Shown here: piece by piece, positions 52,261 to 64,000 of the stretch | Layout: every line of letters begins with the position of its first letter | How positions within the stretch are numbered: position 1 is the stretch's first letter | NCBI GenBank assembly: GCA_964016885.1 | Contig: OZ024741.1 | Location: 200,818,001 to 200,882,000 of the forward strand | From: Eledone cirrhosa | Lineage: Eukaryota | Direction of reading: 5' to 3' | DNA: 64,000 nt | Made by a program: the position numbers and the translations under genes | Notes under the pieces: model-generated | Databases searched by the model: none | What the model was told of the DNA's origin: nothing | What the model saw: the letters and a program-made list of their open reading frames with translations, nothing else

Positions 52261-53779
52261 TGCATGCTTACTATCTTATTGTTCCACATCACAGCACACA
52301 GATTGATAATGTGAAACTCTTTACCACATTCATTCATTCTAAATCGAACAAGCAGATCATAAATAGCAGGTTAATGTTAAGCATTAAATACGATTTCAGA
52401 TACAGTGATATTCATGTATATTAACGTGTGCGGGCATATCCGAGTCTGTACATTTATGCATTAAGCGTTTTAGTCTATAATAAGTATATAAGAATGTGTA
52501 TATGGTAGTATTCTGCGTTGAGAACGATATGTCTGCGCAGCAAGCCCATGTGATAAGTTCATTAAAAATGAAAACATGTTTAACATGTTTAACATGGGAA
52601 GCCTGTGGTCGAATATCAGCTAACTTTACGGATAACGTTTATGGGTAATTGCTGGAAAAGTACGCACACATATGTATATGGGTGTGGGTGTGCGGGTGGG
52701 TGTATGTGTGTGGGTCGGCGTGTGAGCACGTGTCCGTACGTGTGTGTGTATGGGTGTGTGCATGTGTGTGGGAGTCTGTGTGTGTGTGTACATATGTGTG
52801 CATGTGTATATGTATGAATGTGTTTGTGTTTGTGTCTGTGTGTGTTTACATGCATGCCGGTGTGTCTGTGTGTTTGTGTCGACATGCGTGTCTGTGTGTA
52901 TGTGTGCGTGCGTGTGAGGGTTAGTCGAAGCAAAAATGTCGTTGGGTTTGCTTTTCCGTAAAATGTAAAAGTAACTGTGTATAATCCTTCCGTTAGCTCT
53001 AACAATATACAAACATGTGTCAACAGTAGGTGAACGCTATTTATTCAAAATATATAAATAAATAAATACATATATAACGAAGGAAAGTGAGAATGAAGGA
53101 AACAATATTTTGTTCTTAATGATTATAATACTCTATCGTTTTCTCTAGTTGTACGTGACATAGAGTTGTAAATGATAGAAAAATAATGCTGCCTCCATTG
53201 TATATCAGTTGATGTTCTCTTCGTTTATTGATTATTAATCATTTTACGTGACATATCTACCGTAATTTAGAAGCTTTACATATTGTATGAAATATCATCC
53301 GCCTCGCCACGTCTTTGTCTTTACCAACACCACCAACTTCATCACTACTATTGCCATAACTACAATTCTTGCATATGTGCTATATTAGCAACTACAACTA
53401 ACGCTATTTCTAATTATTCTAATTCAAATTAGTCACGATTTTCACTGCCACACCAACCTAAGAAGGAAATGGTATCTCACCCGGCTAGAAAAAGCAGCCA
53501 ATTTTTCCTTAATCCACGCCCTACTGTCTTTTAAAAAAAAAATCTATTTCGAGATACTTCTAAAGAGAAGGGATATGTTTCCTCATAGGTCTTCTTAGTG
53601 AGATTTCATCTCGTGCTAAATTTCATCATCCTCATTATTACTCTACTCACACTATTGAAACGAGGCTGTAATAAAACTGACCATTGCCTTTCTTCCTTCT
53701 TTTTGATCAGTAACCCCTGATAGAGCCGCAGAAAGGCCATCGTGGCACTTTCAAGGTCTGAACACAACGGATTTCTTCC

Positions 53780-53829
<50 letters not shown>

Positions 53830-54289
53830 GCGTTAGAAAGAGATGTAAAGGAAGAATCAATCCCAATACTGGATTGGTAATTTTTTTTTATCGACTTCGA
53901 TTGGATGAAAGGTAAAGTTGACCTCGGCGAGATTTTAACTCAGTGAGTACAGAGAACCGGAAAGCATTCTTTCCGAACGACTTTGCCGAGTGCGTGCTCA
54001 TGACCATTGCCATTACAAAACTTATATACACCATTGCTACCACTACCACATCCTTTGACAAAACTAAAGACACTACCACCGTCAGCAACATCACTACCAC
54101 CACCACCAAATCGTATATCCCTTCCCCAAAATGCTACAAAGTATGTGTTCAAGCATGTTCTTATAAAAAGTAGACATTTTTTGTGTTTCTACGTTTCATC
54201 AGCGTCCAATGTATCTTAGGAACTATCAATATATTACAAGCCTAATATATCAAGCTGAACACACGTAAAAGATATCTATTGTAAATAAT

Positions 54290-54472
54290 TGTTTCTATTT
54301 TTGGCACAAGGCCAGCAATTACCTAGTACATTACTGGTACTTTATTTTATCGACCCCGTAAGGATGAAAGGCAAAGTTAACCTCGGCGGGATTTGAACTC
54401 AGTCCGTAAAGGGACGTAACTGTGCTGCAAAGCATGCGATATACCCTCTACCGATACTGCCAATCCACCGCC
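54290..54472 (-). mobile_element. Full-length SINE with 14-bp TSD
   Basis: TSD ctattgtaaataat at 54276-54289 and 54473-54486. Confidence 0.9.
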
Positions 54473-54949
54473 CTATTGTAAATAATGATAAGTAGTAACA
54501 ATCTGTTATTAAATATGGGTCTCTGATGACTTCCATCGGACCGATAAGCAGAAGCAGATGTGGTGATAACACCAATTGTCGTTTGTCATCGGTACGTGGT
54601 GCAGACGAAATCAGAATAGTTATTGTTTGCCTAGAGTCAAAGAACTGACAGAGACAAATATGATATTTTGAGTCAGCTGGCTGGCGGACAAACTTGATAA
54701 ATCACATAGCAGTTAATATCATATACTGTAGTCATTGCCTGACATTAAGGAAATAAATGCGCATTTTGCAAATCATTCATTCGGTCTAATGAGCTTTCTT
54801 ATACTTGAATTTGTCATAAATTAACCAATTTTGGTTTAGAAATATTTCCCATATTTCACTTTTTTTTTATTCAGAACTACGAAGAGTTTACAGAAATATA
54901 TTTGTAAATAATTAGAATTATGCGCGTGCACTAGGTTGCGATCGCGCGC

Positions 54950-55330
54950 ATGCACGGTTTGTCGAAAAAGTATACGACTTCTCTTTTCCCCATTGTGGGA
55001 AATAAAGACGTCAAGGAAACCAAACTATGCAGAGTAGAGCCGATGCATGTTGCGCACGTATGTTTTTTTTTTGGTGTGGCGGGGATGGGGGGGGGGGGGG
55101 TCGTTGTCATGCAGTCAGGGTATGAGATGTTTTCTACTTACACGTTACCTTTTCATTTCGTCCGATGGATCCATCAAGGATCTTACGTTCTTGAATACCT
55201 TTATAACTGGATATGGGACGTGAGTGTACGGGTACGATCCAGTAATCAAAGCTCAGTCATCACAGTGGAAGCATCGAATATCGTCAAGGCCCCAAAAAAA
55301 GCATATGAGGTGCATGGCAACATCAATTTC
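54950..55330 (+). pseudogene. Decayed mariner transposase fragment
   Basis: ITG..T.VYGYDPVIKAQSSQWKH..S.RP.K matches the region after the first catalytic Asp of mariner transposases. Confidence 0.65.
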
Positions 55331-55602
55331 CGGCTATCAAATTACACTAACATTGAATTGGTCAACACGAGGCTATAGTAGAAAGCACTTACCCAAGGTG
55401 TCATGTTGTGATACAGAACCCAGAACCAACAGATCGGAAAGCGAACTACTTAACCATTCAGCCAAACCTGCACCAATGTTTATAAAGGTGGTGATTATCT
55501 ATCATTCGCTTGCATAGGTTCATTCAACACTTGAGTGACTACAAGGACAAACTGAGTTACAAGTTGAACATTTGAACTGATTATTATTATTATTATTATT
55601 AT

Positions 55603-55793
55603 GGGCGGTGGATTGGCAGTATCGGTAGAGGGTCAGACGCCATGCTTTGTAGCACAGTTACGTCCCTTTACGGACTGAGTTCAAATCCCGCCGAGGTTAA
55701 CTTTGCCTTTCATCCTTACGGGGTCGATAAAATAAAGTACCAGTAATACACTGGGATAATTGCTGGCCTTGTGCCAAAAAGTAGAAACAATTA
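55603..55793 (+). mobile_element. Full-length tRNA-derived SINE
   Basis: A box tggcagtatcgg, B box gagttcaaatccc; near-identical to 54290-54472. More diverged copies at about 40265, 53870, 57490, 62950, 63333 and 63840. Confidence 0.9.
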
Positions 55794-55977
55794 TTATATA
55801 CTAGACCACCCGTCGTAACCCGTTGGGTCACGTTCACTTAAAAATAATTTTTAAATAATTAAAATATACACAGACATGTATATAATGTGAAATGAAATTG
55901 GAAGGCCCATATATATATATATATATATTTGCGTTACGTTTCGCTTTTTCTACCCGCCGAAATGCGATTCTCGCTGA

Positions 55978-56016
<39 letters not shown>

Positions 56017-56253
56017 CAAGTGTGTGTGTTTATATATGTGCGTGTGTGTGTGTGTATATATATATATATGTGTGTGGGTATCTGTGATCTATATACACTG
56101 GTCACAGACACACACACATACTGCCATAACACAAGTTATATGATACATATGACTTAGTATTCAGTCGCTAAATTCGAGTTAGATATAGTAATGCTGTATT
56201 CGATTCGATTCTTTGAAGTCACTTGTTATAATTTCATTCAACAACACCACCAG

Positions 56254-56290
<37 letters not shown>

Positions 56291-56743
56291 CTTCTCTGTC
56301 CCTCTTTCAATCTATTCTCTCACAACCATGATATATTTCTCTAACTCTATTTATGAAGGTACCCGGAAAAACCCGTATCTCGGGAGGCCGTTCTCTTATT
56401 TACACGAAATTTTTTCATTCCATTTGTATTCCCACTTTAGAGGCAACTTCCTTTCAAAGTACTTTCCCATTATGCGCCGTTTTGGCTGTATTAAATAACA
56501 GACAAGCACACAATCACAGAGTATTTGTAGTATATAGACAGTTCGACAAAATATAATACCAGCTACGCACTAGGGTTGATTTAATCGACTTTCCCCTCCC
56601 CCAAATTATTAATATAGATATATATATATACATTGAAAACGCGTGGCTTAGTGGTTAGAGAATTGGATTCACTAACGTGAGGATGCAAGTTCGATTCCCC
56701 GACCGGGCGATGTATTATGTACTTTATATATATAAACACACGA

Positions 56744-56775
<32 letters not shown>

Positions 56776-56885
56776 GGAAAACTTTTAATGCCTTCAACAT
56801 GTTTTGGTTTTATATATTTAGTTATGGTCTATTGGGATATTAATATCGACTTCAGGTTTATACACACTTAAGCGCACACGTGCAG

Positions 56886-56969
<84 letters not shown>

Positions 56970-59891
56970 ATATAGGGACTTAGTGTCATATGTTTGATGA
57001 TTCAAATCATAGCCTAATATTACGTTTCAATTTGCTTTGTTCATCTGTTGAAAAAGTACATAATCTTCTTAAACCCACATATTGAATGTTGTTCTGGTGT
57101 ATCTGAATTGAGTTAATACAGTGGTACATTAAACTGAGTTACCTCAGATTTAATTAATGTTGTTTTTCTCTTATTTTGAATCTTTTTCAGTGGGTCTGCT
57201 TCCGCTCCTGACATCACATTTTATGAAGATTGTACTTAAGCATGTCCTCAGGCGTGGTGTCTGAAACAAACTGAAGAAGTATAGAATGTGTATAACATGG
57301 ATTATATGATTAAATAAGATATTGGCCCTTAACTCCTGATGGAGTCGTAGACTCACCGTCCTGGAATACGTCATATCTTGGGCATTTTAAACGTGGTGGA
57401 GCACATCTCTCTCCAGGTTGTCTCCAATCTATGTTTTCCAGAGAAAGAGAGACAGAGAGAAAATTTAATAAAAAGAGATAGCGGAATCCCACCCACGAAA
57501 GGATGGAAAGTAAAGTTGACCTCGGCGGGATTTGAACGCAGAGTACAGTGATCGGGAAGAAATATCGAGGAATTTTTAATCCGGCACCCCAAACGATTCT
57601 GTCAATTCGCCACCTATGCTTAGATAATTACTCAAAAGCATTTTGAGGCTATAGAATCTACAGAGTGTTTAAAAAGATTAGATATCATTTCAGATGTAAA
57701 TATCCCAGAGACTGGGCAAGCTTAATATTGAGCAACATAAGATTTATTCCACATATTTGTCAACATAACACTAATTCACATTATATAGTGGTATTTCTTG
57801 GATATTTACATTGCAAATGGTATCCATTCTTTTTAAACACCCTGTATATTTCCGTCTACTGGACTCGAAAACCTAAGACTATTATAGGGTGCACTTGATA
57901 AAAACATGTCATGGTCATGTCTGTACTCTTCTAATAGCAACACAACACTCCTCTCTGTATTGTATACATCCTGCCAATATCCCAGTAAACTGTGTGTACA
58001 CCTGACACCAGTATTTCAATGTAATGTACACTTAATGCAAGTATCTCACCGTACTGTATATATGATACCAATATCTGATTATATGTTACACCTTATACCA
58101 ACACATTCATAGCAAACGAGGGAGCGTATACGTCGTAGTTCGACCTGCTAGAAATATCAGCAAAATCTCTCTCAAATCTCAACCTTACTGTTTTTCTTGA
58201 ATTTGAAGGAGAAACCAATTTCCTTGGTGTGACAAAAATTGAAATTTCTTGTATTGACTTCGTCTTTGAAGATGAAAAATGTTTTGCTATTTACACCTTC
58301 ACTGCGTTTCAATCGATTTGATCTCCGGTCGTGCTCAACTATCTTATTCCTGGGTGAGAAGAAAACACCTAATACAAATATGCCAGATAGATTTCTAACT
58401 AGGAACAGTTATTGCTAAGTCATAGGTGATATTGATTATATTCCCTTGATCACCGTTATCCACCGACTCAGGCACACATGGCGGTAAGGATAGCGATTAG
58501 AGATGAAGGTTATTTCAAAAAGTAATTTTATCAAGACATCATCTACATTTATAAATTTATTGGTACATGTAGTGAATACTGGAATCCCAGATCACCAACG
58601 GGAAAGAGTCAATGAAGGTAGCGTTGTACTTAAAAGTATGGACGCGATAAGAGGAAGAACTTAAAAGTAAATATTCTTTTGTAGCATTTGATGAGCAACT
58701 GTTGTTAGCAGTAGACAATGTTTAACAGAAATTGACAAAATAATTGAACAGCTGTATCTCCATTGTATCAATGTAAAGGGTTAGTGAAAACATACCCGTA
58801 TTAGTGTGAGAAAGGATTTCTGAATAAACCGTGAGCTTAGAGGTTAAATATCAGAAACAAAATTTCCGCTGCTTGTTAAATGTGTACATAATCAGAGATA
58901 AGTTTCTGAACGTAATACATTGGAATGAAGTTGGGTTTTGAGTTATCTTTTGTTATACGATTGCTAACAGCGGATACAAGAACCTTGGTTTCATTAGTAT
59001 ATTGCGAACAAGGAGGGTCACCAGGATCTCCGTTTATTAGAATACGTAGAAAAAAATTGAAATATATGATATTTGTTAATCACTGTCTTCATTATGCCAC
59101 ATGCTTTAGGCATAAAGGTGGGGTTGTTAGGAAAGTAAAAACTGTGATTCTTTCCTTGGAATTAAGTCATATAATTTGAAATACGGTGAGAGAGGTGGGG
59201 AAGAGTGGAGTAGAAAATATTTTGGAGAGTAAATGAGTAGGGTGAATGTGTAAATTTTGAAGTGCTTAACATTTCAAGAAGTAAACTAATGTATATGAGG
59301 AGAGATTCGCTAGATGGGATTTATGGCTGTTGAGAATGTATTAGAAATCAAAGTACTTAATCTTGGCTAGGTTGAAAAAGTAAATTGGGTGAGGTAACAG
59401 ATATTGGTGTGAATACACTTAGCAAAATATCAAAATATATGGCAGCCGTTGAGAAATTATAAGAGCTTAGCAAGACAGAGTCATTTGCTTTAAATATTAC
59501 ACCTCGGGCCTTCAGGAAATTTGTATTTAACATCAATATGTGTGAAATTACAAGTTTTGAAATGGTAACGTTGCGAATCAAGTAACTGATACAAATATTA
59601 TGTTCCTAGCCTTTGTCAAAGATAATCTACTTAATCAAGAAGCTTCTATATTCAGAGAAATGCGTAAAATCCAAAAGATAGATAGCATGGTTTTCGTAGT
59701 GACGATCAAGTATGTATATTAAATATACATGCTGGGTATGAGGATTGGAGTTCGCAAACTAATATGACTGAAATATATAACTCAGTCATGGAGATGAAAA
59801 CAGTTCGTATTGGTTGGAAGTTCCAGATAAACAGCTTGGTATATTATATTTCATTGGTATCAGTCATTTCGCAATGACCCTGCAGTGGCAT

Positions 59892-59972
<81 letters not shown>

Positions 59973-60775
59973 ACACATATATATATATATAGAGAGAGAG
60001 AGAATTCACAGGAATCAAAGTTATGTTCAAACCATTTATTAGCTTACAATTGTTTCATCCAAACCGAGGTTTGGAGTCTTCGGGCCATTTTTCAATGTTT
60101 GTATACATACATGACCTCCTTTCCAACACAAGAGACATACAGATACATATGTATATATTGATGCACAGTGGGGTGACATATATTATTTCTGAATGGCAAT
60201 TTAAATTCAAAAATTAAAATCATATTAAAACAGAATCAAAGCAAAATTAAAATTAAAATACAACATCGGCAGTTAACGTAGATAATGCAAGAGGATAGTT
60301 TGTTGGTAATAAGGTAGTAATAAATTACTGTCTTTCACTGTTTAGGGTTTAAAATATATATAACTATAAAAAGTTTTAGTATATACATAACCATAAATAG
60401 TATCCTTAATACTATATATATATATATAGTATATATATATATATAGTATATATATATATATATATATATAGTTGATATATTAAATTATCTATATTTATCT
60501 CCAAATCACTGATTTGTCGAGCAAACTTGCCAAAACCACTTCTAAAAAAATTTTTTGGGGTGTTAGTAGGCGTCAGTCATCTTACCATCCCATTCCTTCT
60601 AACTAGCCTCTGTGTCACGTGATTGATTCTTTAGAATCGGCCATTTGACCTGAAGCAGTGAGAATTTCGGTACATAGAATCCAGTCCTCGCCAGCTGTTC
60701 GATCTACCGAATTATTATTATTTTTATATGAGCCGCCAGTGTCCGCGCATTGCCTGGAGACTTAACTGAGAATAG

Positions 60776-60857
60776 AATCCCTGATGACGCAATGAATTCT
60801 CGACAGTTGGATTACGTAACTGTCTTTATCCCATTGCAGAAACTAATTAGTTGGAGT
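60776..60857 (+). ncRNA. Type I hammerhead with extended helix II (unit 1)
   Basis: aatcc-CTGATGA-c-gcaatg...gacagtt(ggattacgt)aactgtc...cattgc-a-GAAA-ctaattag-TT-ggagt. Confidence 0.85.
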
Positions 60858-61335
60858 GAAAATTTAAGTAAGTAAGTAAAAAATTTTTTTTTAATTTTTT
60901 TAAAAAAATATTTTCTTATTTTACGTCTTTTATATTATTGTTCTGCATTCTCCTGCATTGAACCACCTAGGTACTATGACATAACCTGTGTATTTGCTAG
61001 CATGGGCGTGCATCTGTGCGCTTATGTTAGTTGATATATTAAATTATCTATATTTATCTCCAAATCACTGATTTGTCGAGCAAACTTGCCAAAACCACTT
61101 CTAAAAAAATTTTTTTGGGGTGTTAGTAGGTGTCAGTCATCTTACCATCCCATTCCTTCTAACTAGCCTCTGTGTCACGTGATTGATTCTTTAGAATCGG
61201 CCATTTGACCTGAAGCAGTGAGAATTTCGGTACATAGAATCCAGTCCTCGCCAGCTGTTCGATCTACCGAATTATTATTATTTTTATATGAGCCGCCAGT
61301 GTCCGCGCATTGCCTGGAGACTTAACTGAGAATAG

Positions 61336-61417
61336 ACTCCCTGATGACGCAATGAATTCTCGACAGTTGGATTACGTAACTGTCTTTATCCCATTGCAGA
61401 AACTAATTAGTTGGAGT
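61336..61417 (+). ncRNA. Type I hammerhead with extended helix II (unit 2)
   Basis: As unit 1 but with perfect helix I actcc/ggagt. Confidence 0.88.
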
Positions 61418-61606
61418 GAAAATTTAAGTAAGTAAGTAAAAAAATTTTTTTTAATTTTTTTAAAAAAATATTTTCTTATTTTACGTCTTTTATATTATTG
61501 TTCTGCATTCTCCTGCATTGAACCACCTAGGTACTATGACATAACCTGTGTATTTGCTAGCATGGGCGTGCATCTGTGCGCTTATGTTAGTTGATATATT
61601 AAATTA

Positions 61607-61666
<60 letters not shown>

Positions 61667-61667
<1 letters not shown>

Positions 61668-62555
61668 TAGCATTAAAGCCCGGCGTTGCTCGGGGTCAGT
61701 AAGTTACCAAAGTTAGGTTGCACCACCCATTTTATGGCAGCACCTTTTTGTCTGCCAGGCACTGGGTGAATGAATTGCAGACCTGGACTGCCGAAGCAGG
61801 AGCTGCGCCAGCAGTGACAATTGTAGTTTCGCCTATGGATATTGTCTCTGTGCAAAGAAGTGTTGAAATTTATTGTTTCACAGTACTTGCGCAACACGCG
61901 CGTAGACGATGCCAGCCGAACAACAGAGCTGCGATGGAGTTGTTCTGCATGGTTGTCTAATGTGTGTTTTCTAAATTTAAGACAGTAGGGAGGGGTGTGA
62001 TATGGGGGAGATTTAGCTGTTGTTTCTAGCAGGTTTAGTGACTCCATAGAGGATATGTGTTTTCTAAATTTAAGACAGTAGGGAGTGGTGTGATATGGGG
62101 GAGAGTTAGCTGCTGTTTCTAGCAGGTTTAGTGACCTCATAGAGGATATGTTTTCAAAATTTAAGAGAGCAGGGAGGGGTGTGATATGGGGGAGAGTTAA
62201 GTTCTCTTTGTCATTGAAGTAAATAAATGTTTGACCGTTCCACACTCAAAAACAAACGTTCTCTCTCTCTTCGGCGTTCCTAAAGGAAGTTTGTAAGCAT
62301 GTATGTAGTTTTATCGAATTTGAAGGAGAGTAGAGAGAGGTAAGCAGATTCTATTAGAGGGGTAAAGCGTCATGTATTTAGTTTTATCGATTATTTCCAT
62401 AAATGTGGGTGAGTTTGAATGGAATAAATAGTCGTTGACCTAAGACCATTTACAATATTCTCACAGACTTTGAGTCGAATCGGTTTTAAATTGTGCAAAT
62501 GTATAAACATGGAACATCTGCACACATACAACAACAACAATCTGCCTTTTATAGA
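61667..62555 (-). mobile_element. Non-autonomous Helitron with internal ~90-bp repeats
   Basis: Minus 3' end cccgagcaacgccggg hairpin..CTAG|T; 5' A|TCtataaaaggcagattgttg; three imperfect repeats at 61960-62200. Confidence 0.7.
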
Positions 62556-62559
62556 TAAT

Positions 62560-62697
62560 TGTTTCTACTTTAGGCACAAGGCCAGCAATTACCCAGTGCA
62601 TTACTGGTACTTTATTTTATCGACCCCGTAAGGATGAAAGGCAAAGTCAACCTCGGCGGGATTTGAACTCAGATCGTAAAGGGACGTAACTATGCTC
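62560..62697 (-). mobile_element. 5'-truncated SINE with 15-bp TSD
   Basis: TSD ccttttatagataat at 62545-62559 and 62698-62712. Confidence 0.88.
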
Positions 62698-64000
62698 CCT
62701 TTTATAGATAATGATATATATATGACGAGCTTCTGCGCAGTTTTCTTCAACCAAATTTTCTCTACAAGGCATTTTCAGTCTGAGACTATATTAGTAAACA
62801 TAACAGCAAAGTGTATCACGAGGAGATCAAACCCGGAAACCCGTAGCTATGAAGAGAGATTCTTAATTATCCTGCGGTTATCAAGATATATACAAGAAAA
62901 TAATTCTTTCGACTTTAGGAACAAGGCGAATAATTTTGGGGTGGGCTGATTATATCGATCCCAGTACTTGACTGGTACTTTATTTTAACGACCTGTGAAC
63001 GATGACAGGGGTATTTGAACTCAGGACACAAAGAACAAGAAAAAATACCACAAAGCATTTTGTCCGACGCTCTAATAATTCTGCCACATCCACCGTCCTG
63101 TATATATGAATAATGATACTCTTCACATAGATTGGAAAGAAGTTTCAGCATGATACTGAGAACTATATTTCAGGAAATGAAAGAATAAAAGTGCATTAAC
63201 AAATGTTTAAATTGAACTCAATTTTGACTGAGCGGACATATAATCAAATATATTACTGCCTTAGCTGTTGCGACTTTTAAAGGATATTTCGCACTATAAT
63301 ATCAACTGGATACTTCTTATTTAAGTCGGAGTAGGCGGCGAATTGGCAGAGTCGTTAGAGCGTCGGATAGAATCTTATGCGATATTCGCTCCGAGTCTCT
63401 ACACTGAGTTCAAATTTCTCCGGACTCAACTTTACCTTTCATCTTCTTGAATGAGGTCGATTATTCTTCAATCCTCTCTTTATCACTATCTTTCTCTGGT
63501 AGACATTGACTGTAATCAGGTCCAGAGCGTGATGAGCTCCGCTAGGTTAAAAATGCCCAATGCATGCCGTATAACACTACGGCGCTCCTGAATTTAGGGA
63601 GTGTTGGGATTAGCGAGATATATGGCTTCTATTATTAGTCAAAAGGCGGTGGATTGGCAGTGTCGGTAAGGCTTCTGATTAAACGCTTTGCAGCATATAA
63701 TTACGGTCTTTTACAAACATTTCCTAGGGTTGCTTTCTGCATGAAGAACATGAGACGAGTTTTAAATGGTCATTTCGACATAATGATATGATATAATGAT
63801 TATTTATCAGTGTTCAATATATTTTATTATCATTATTTGCGAATTCGCAATATCGTCAGAGCATCAGACAACATGCTTTGCGGCATATAGTTACGTCACT
63901 TTACGTTCTGTGTTCAAATTCTGCCGAGGTCGATAAAATAATGTACCAGTAATACAGTGGAGTCAATTTATTAGCGAGTCGAAGGGCGATGGATTGGAAG

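Larger units (their letters stand above)
60469..61611 (+). mobile_element. Retrozyme-like tandem repeat: 2 x ~560 bp plus ~22 bp terminal redundancy, in (TA)n
   Basis: Unit starts gttgatatattaaattatct at 60471, 61030 and 61590; one HHR per unit; no ORF; only a few differences between units. Confidence 0.85.

Noticed and set aside
54523-54560. CTGATGA matches at 54523, 6881 and 34146
   Set aside because: No properly placed helix II, GAAA, helix III or helix I, so they are chance matches.
58400-59800. Possible highly decayed RT region (QGGSPGSP, KYL)
   Set aside because: Too degenerate to assign without a profile search.

Overview
AT-rich, microsatellite-dense eukaryotic non-coding DNA with no recognisable host gene. 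The SINE families suggest an octopus or other cephalopod genome (inference). The main feature is a very young 10.9-kb Penelope-like element (PLE; RT + GIY-YIG, probably Naiad-like) inserted in a (TA)n tract at 8978-19879. It consists of an inverted 5'-truncated copy fused to a head-to-tail array with a 3127-bp period, holding two full 860-aa ORFs, and each unit carries a minimal hammerhead ribozyme (HHR). Reading the non-coding DNA by eye reveals roughly 25 HHR or HHR-like motifs from many families. They mostly sit in short outward-facing palindromes inserted in (TA)n. They include a 560-bp tandem retrozyme-like unit (60469-61611), a ~310-nt circularly permuted retrozyme-like unit with octamer and CTCF-like motifs (5440-5883), HHRs with 45-105 nt helix II insertions, U3:A8 covariant cores, and a core-only HHR-like ring. 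The rest is decayed CRE, RTE, Tx1, R4/Dong, Neptune-PLE and mariner fragments, non-autonomous Helitrons and tRNA-derived SINEs. All assignments are by eye; no searches or folding programs were run.
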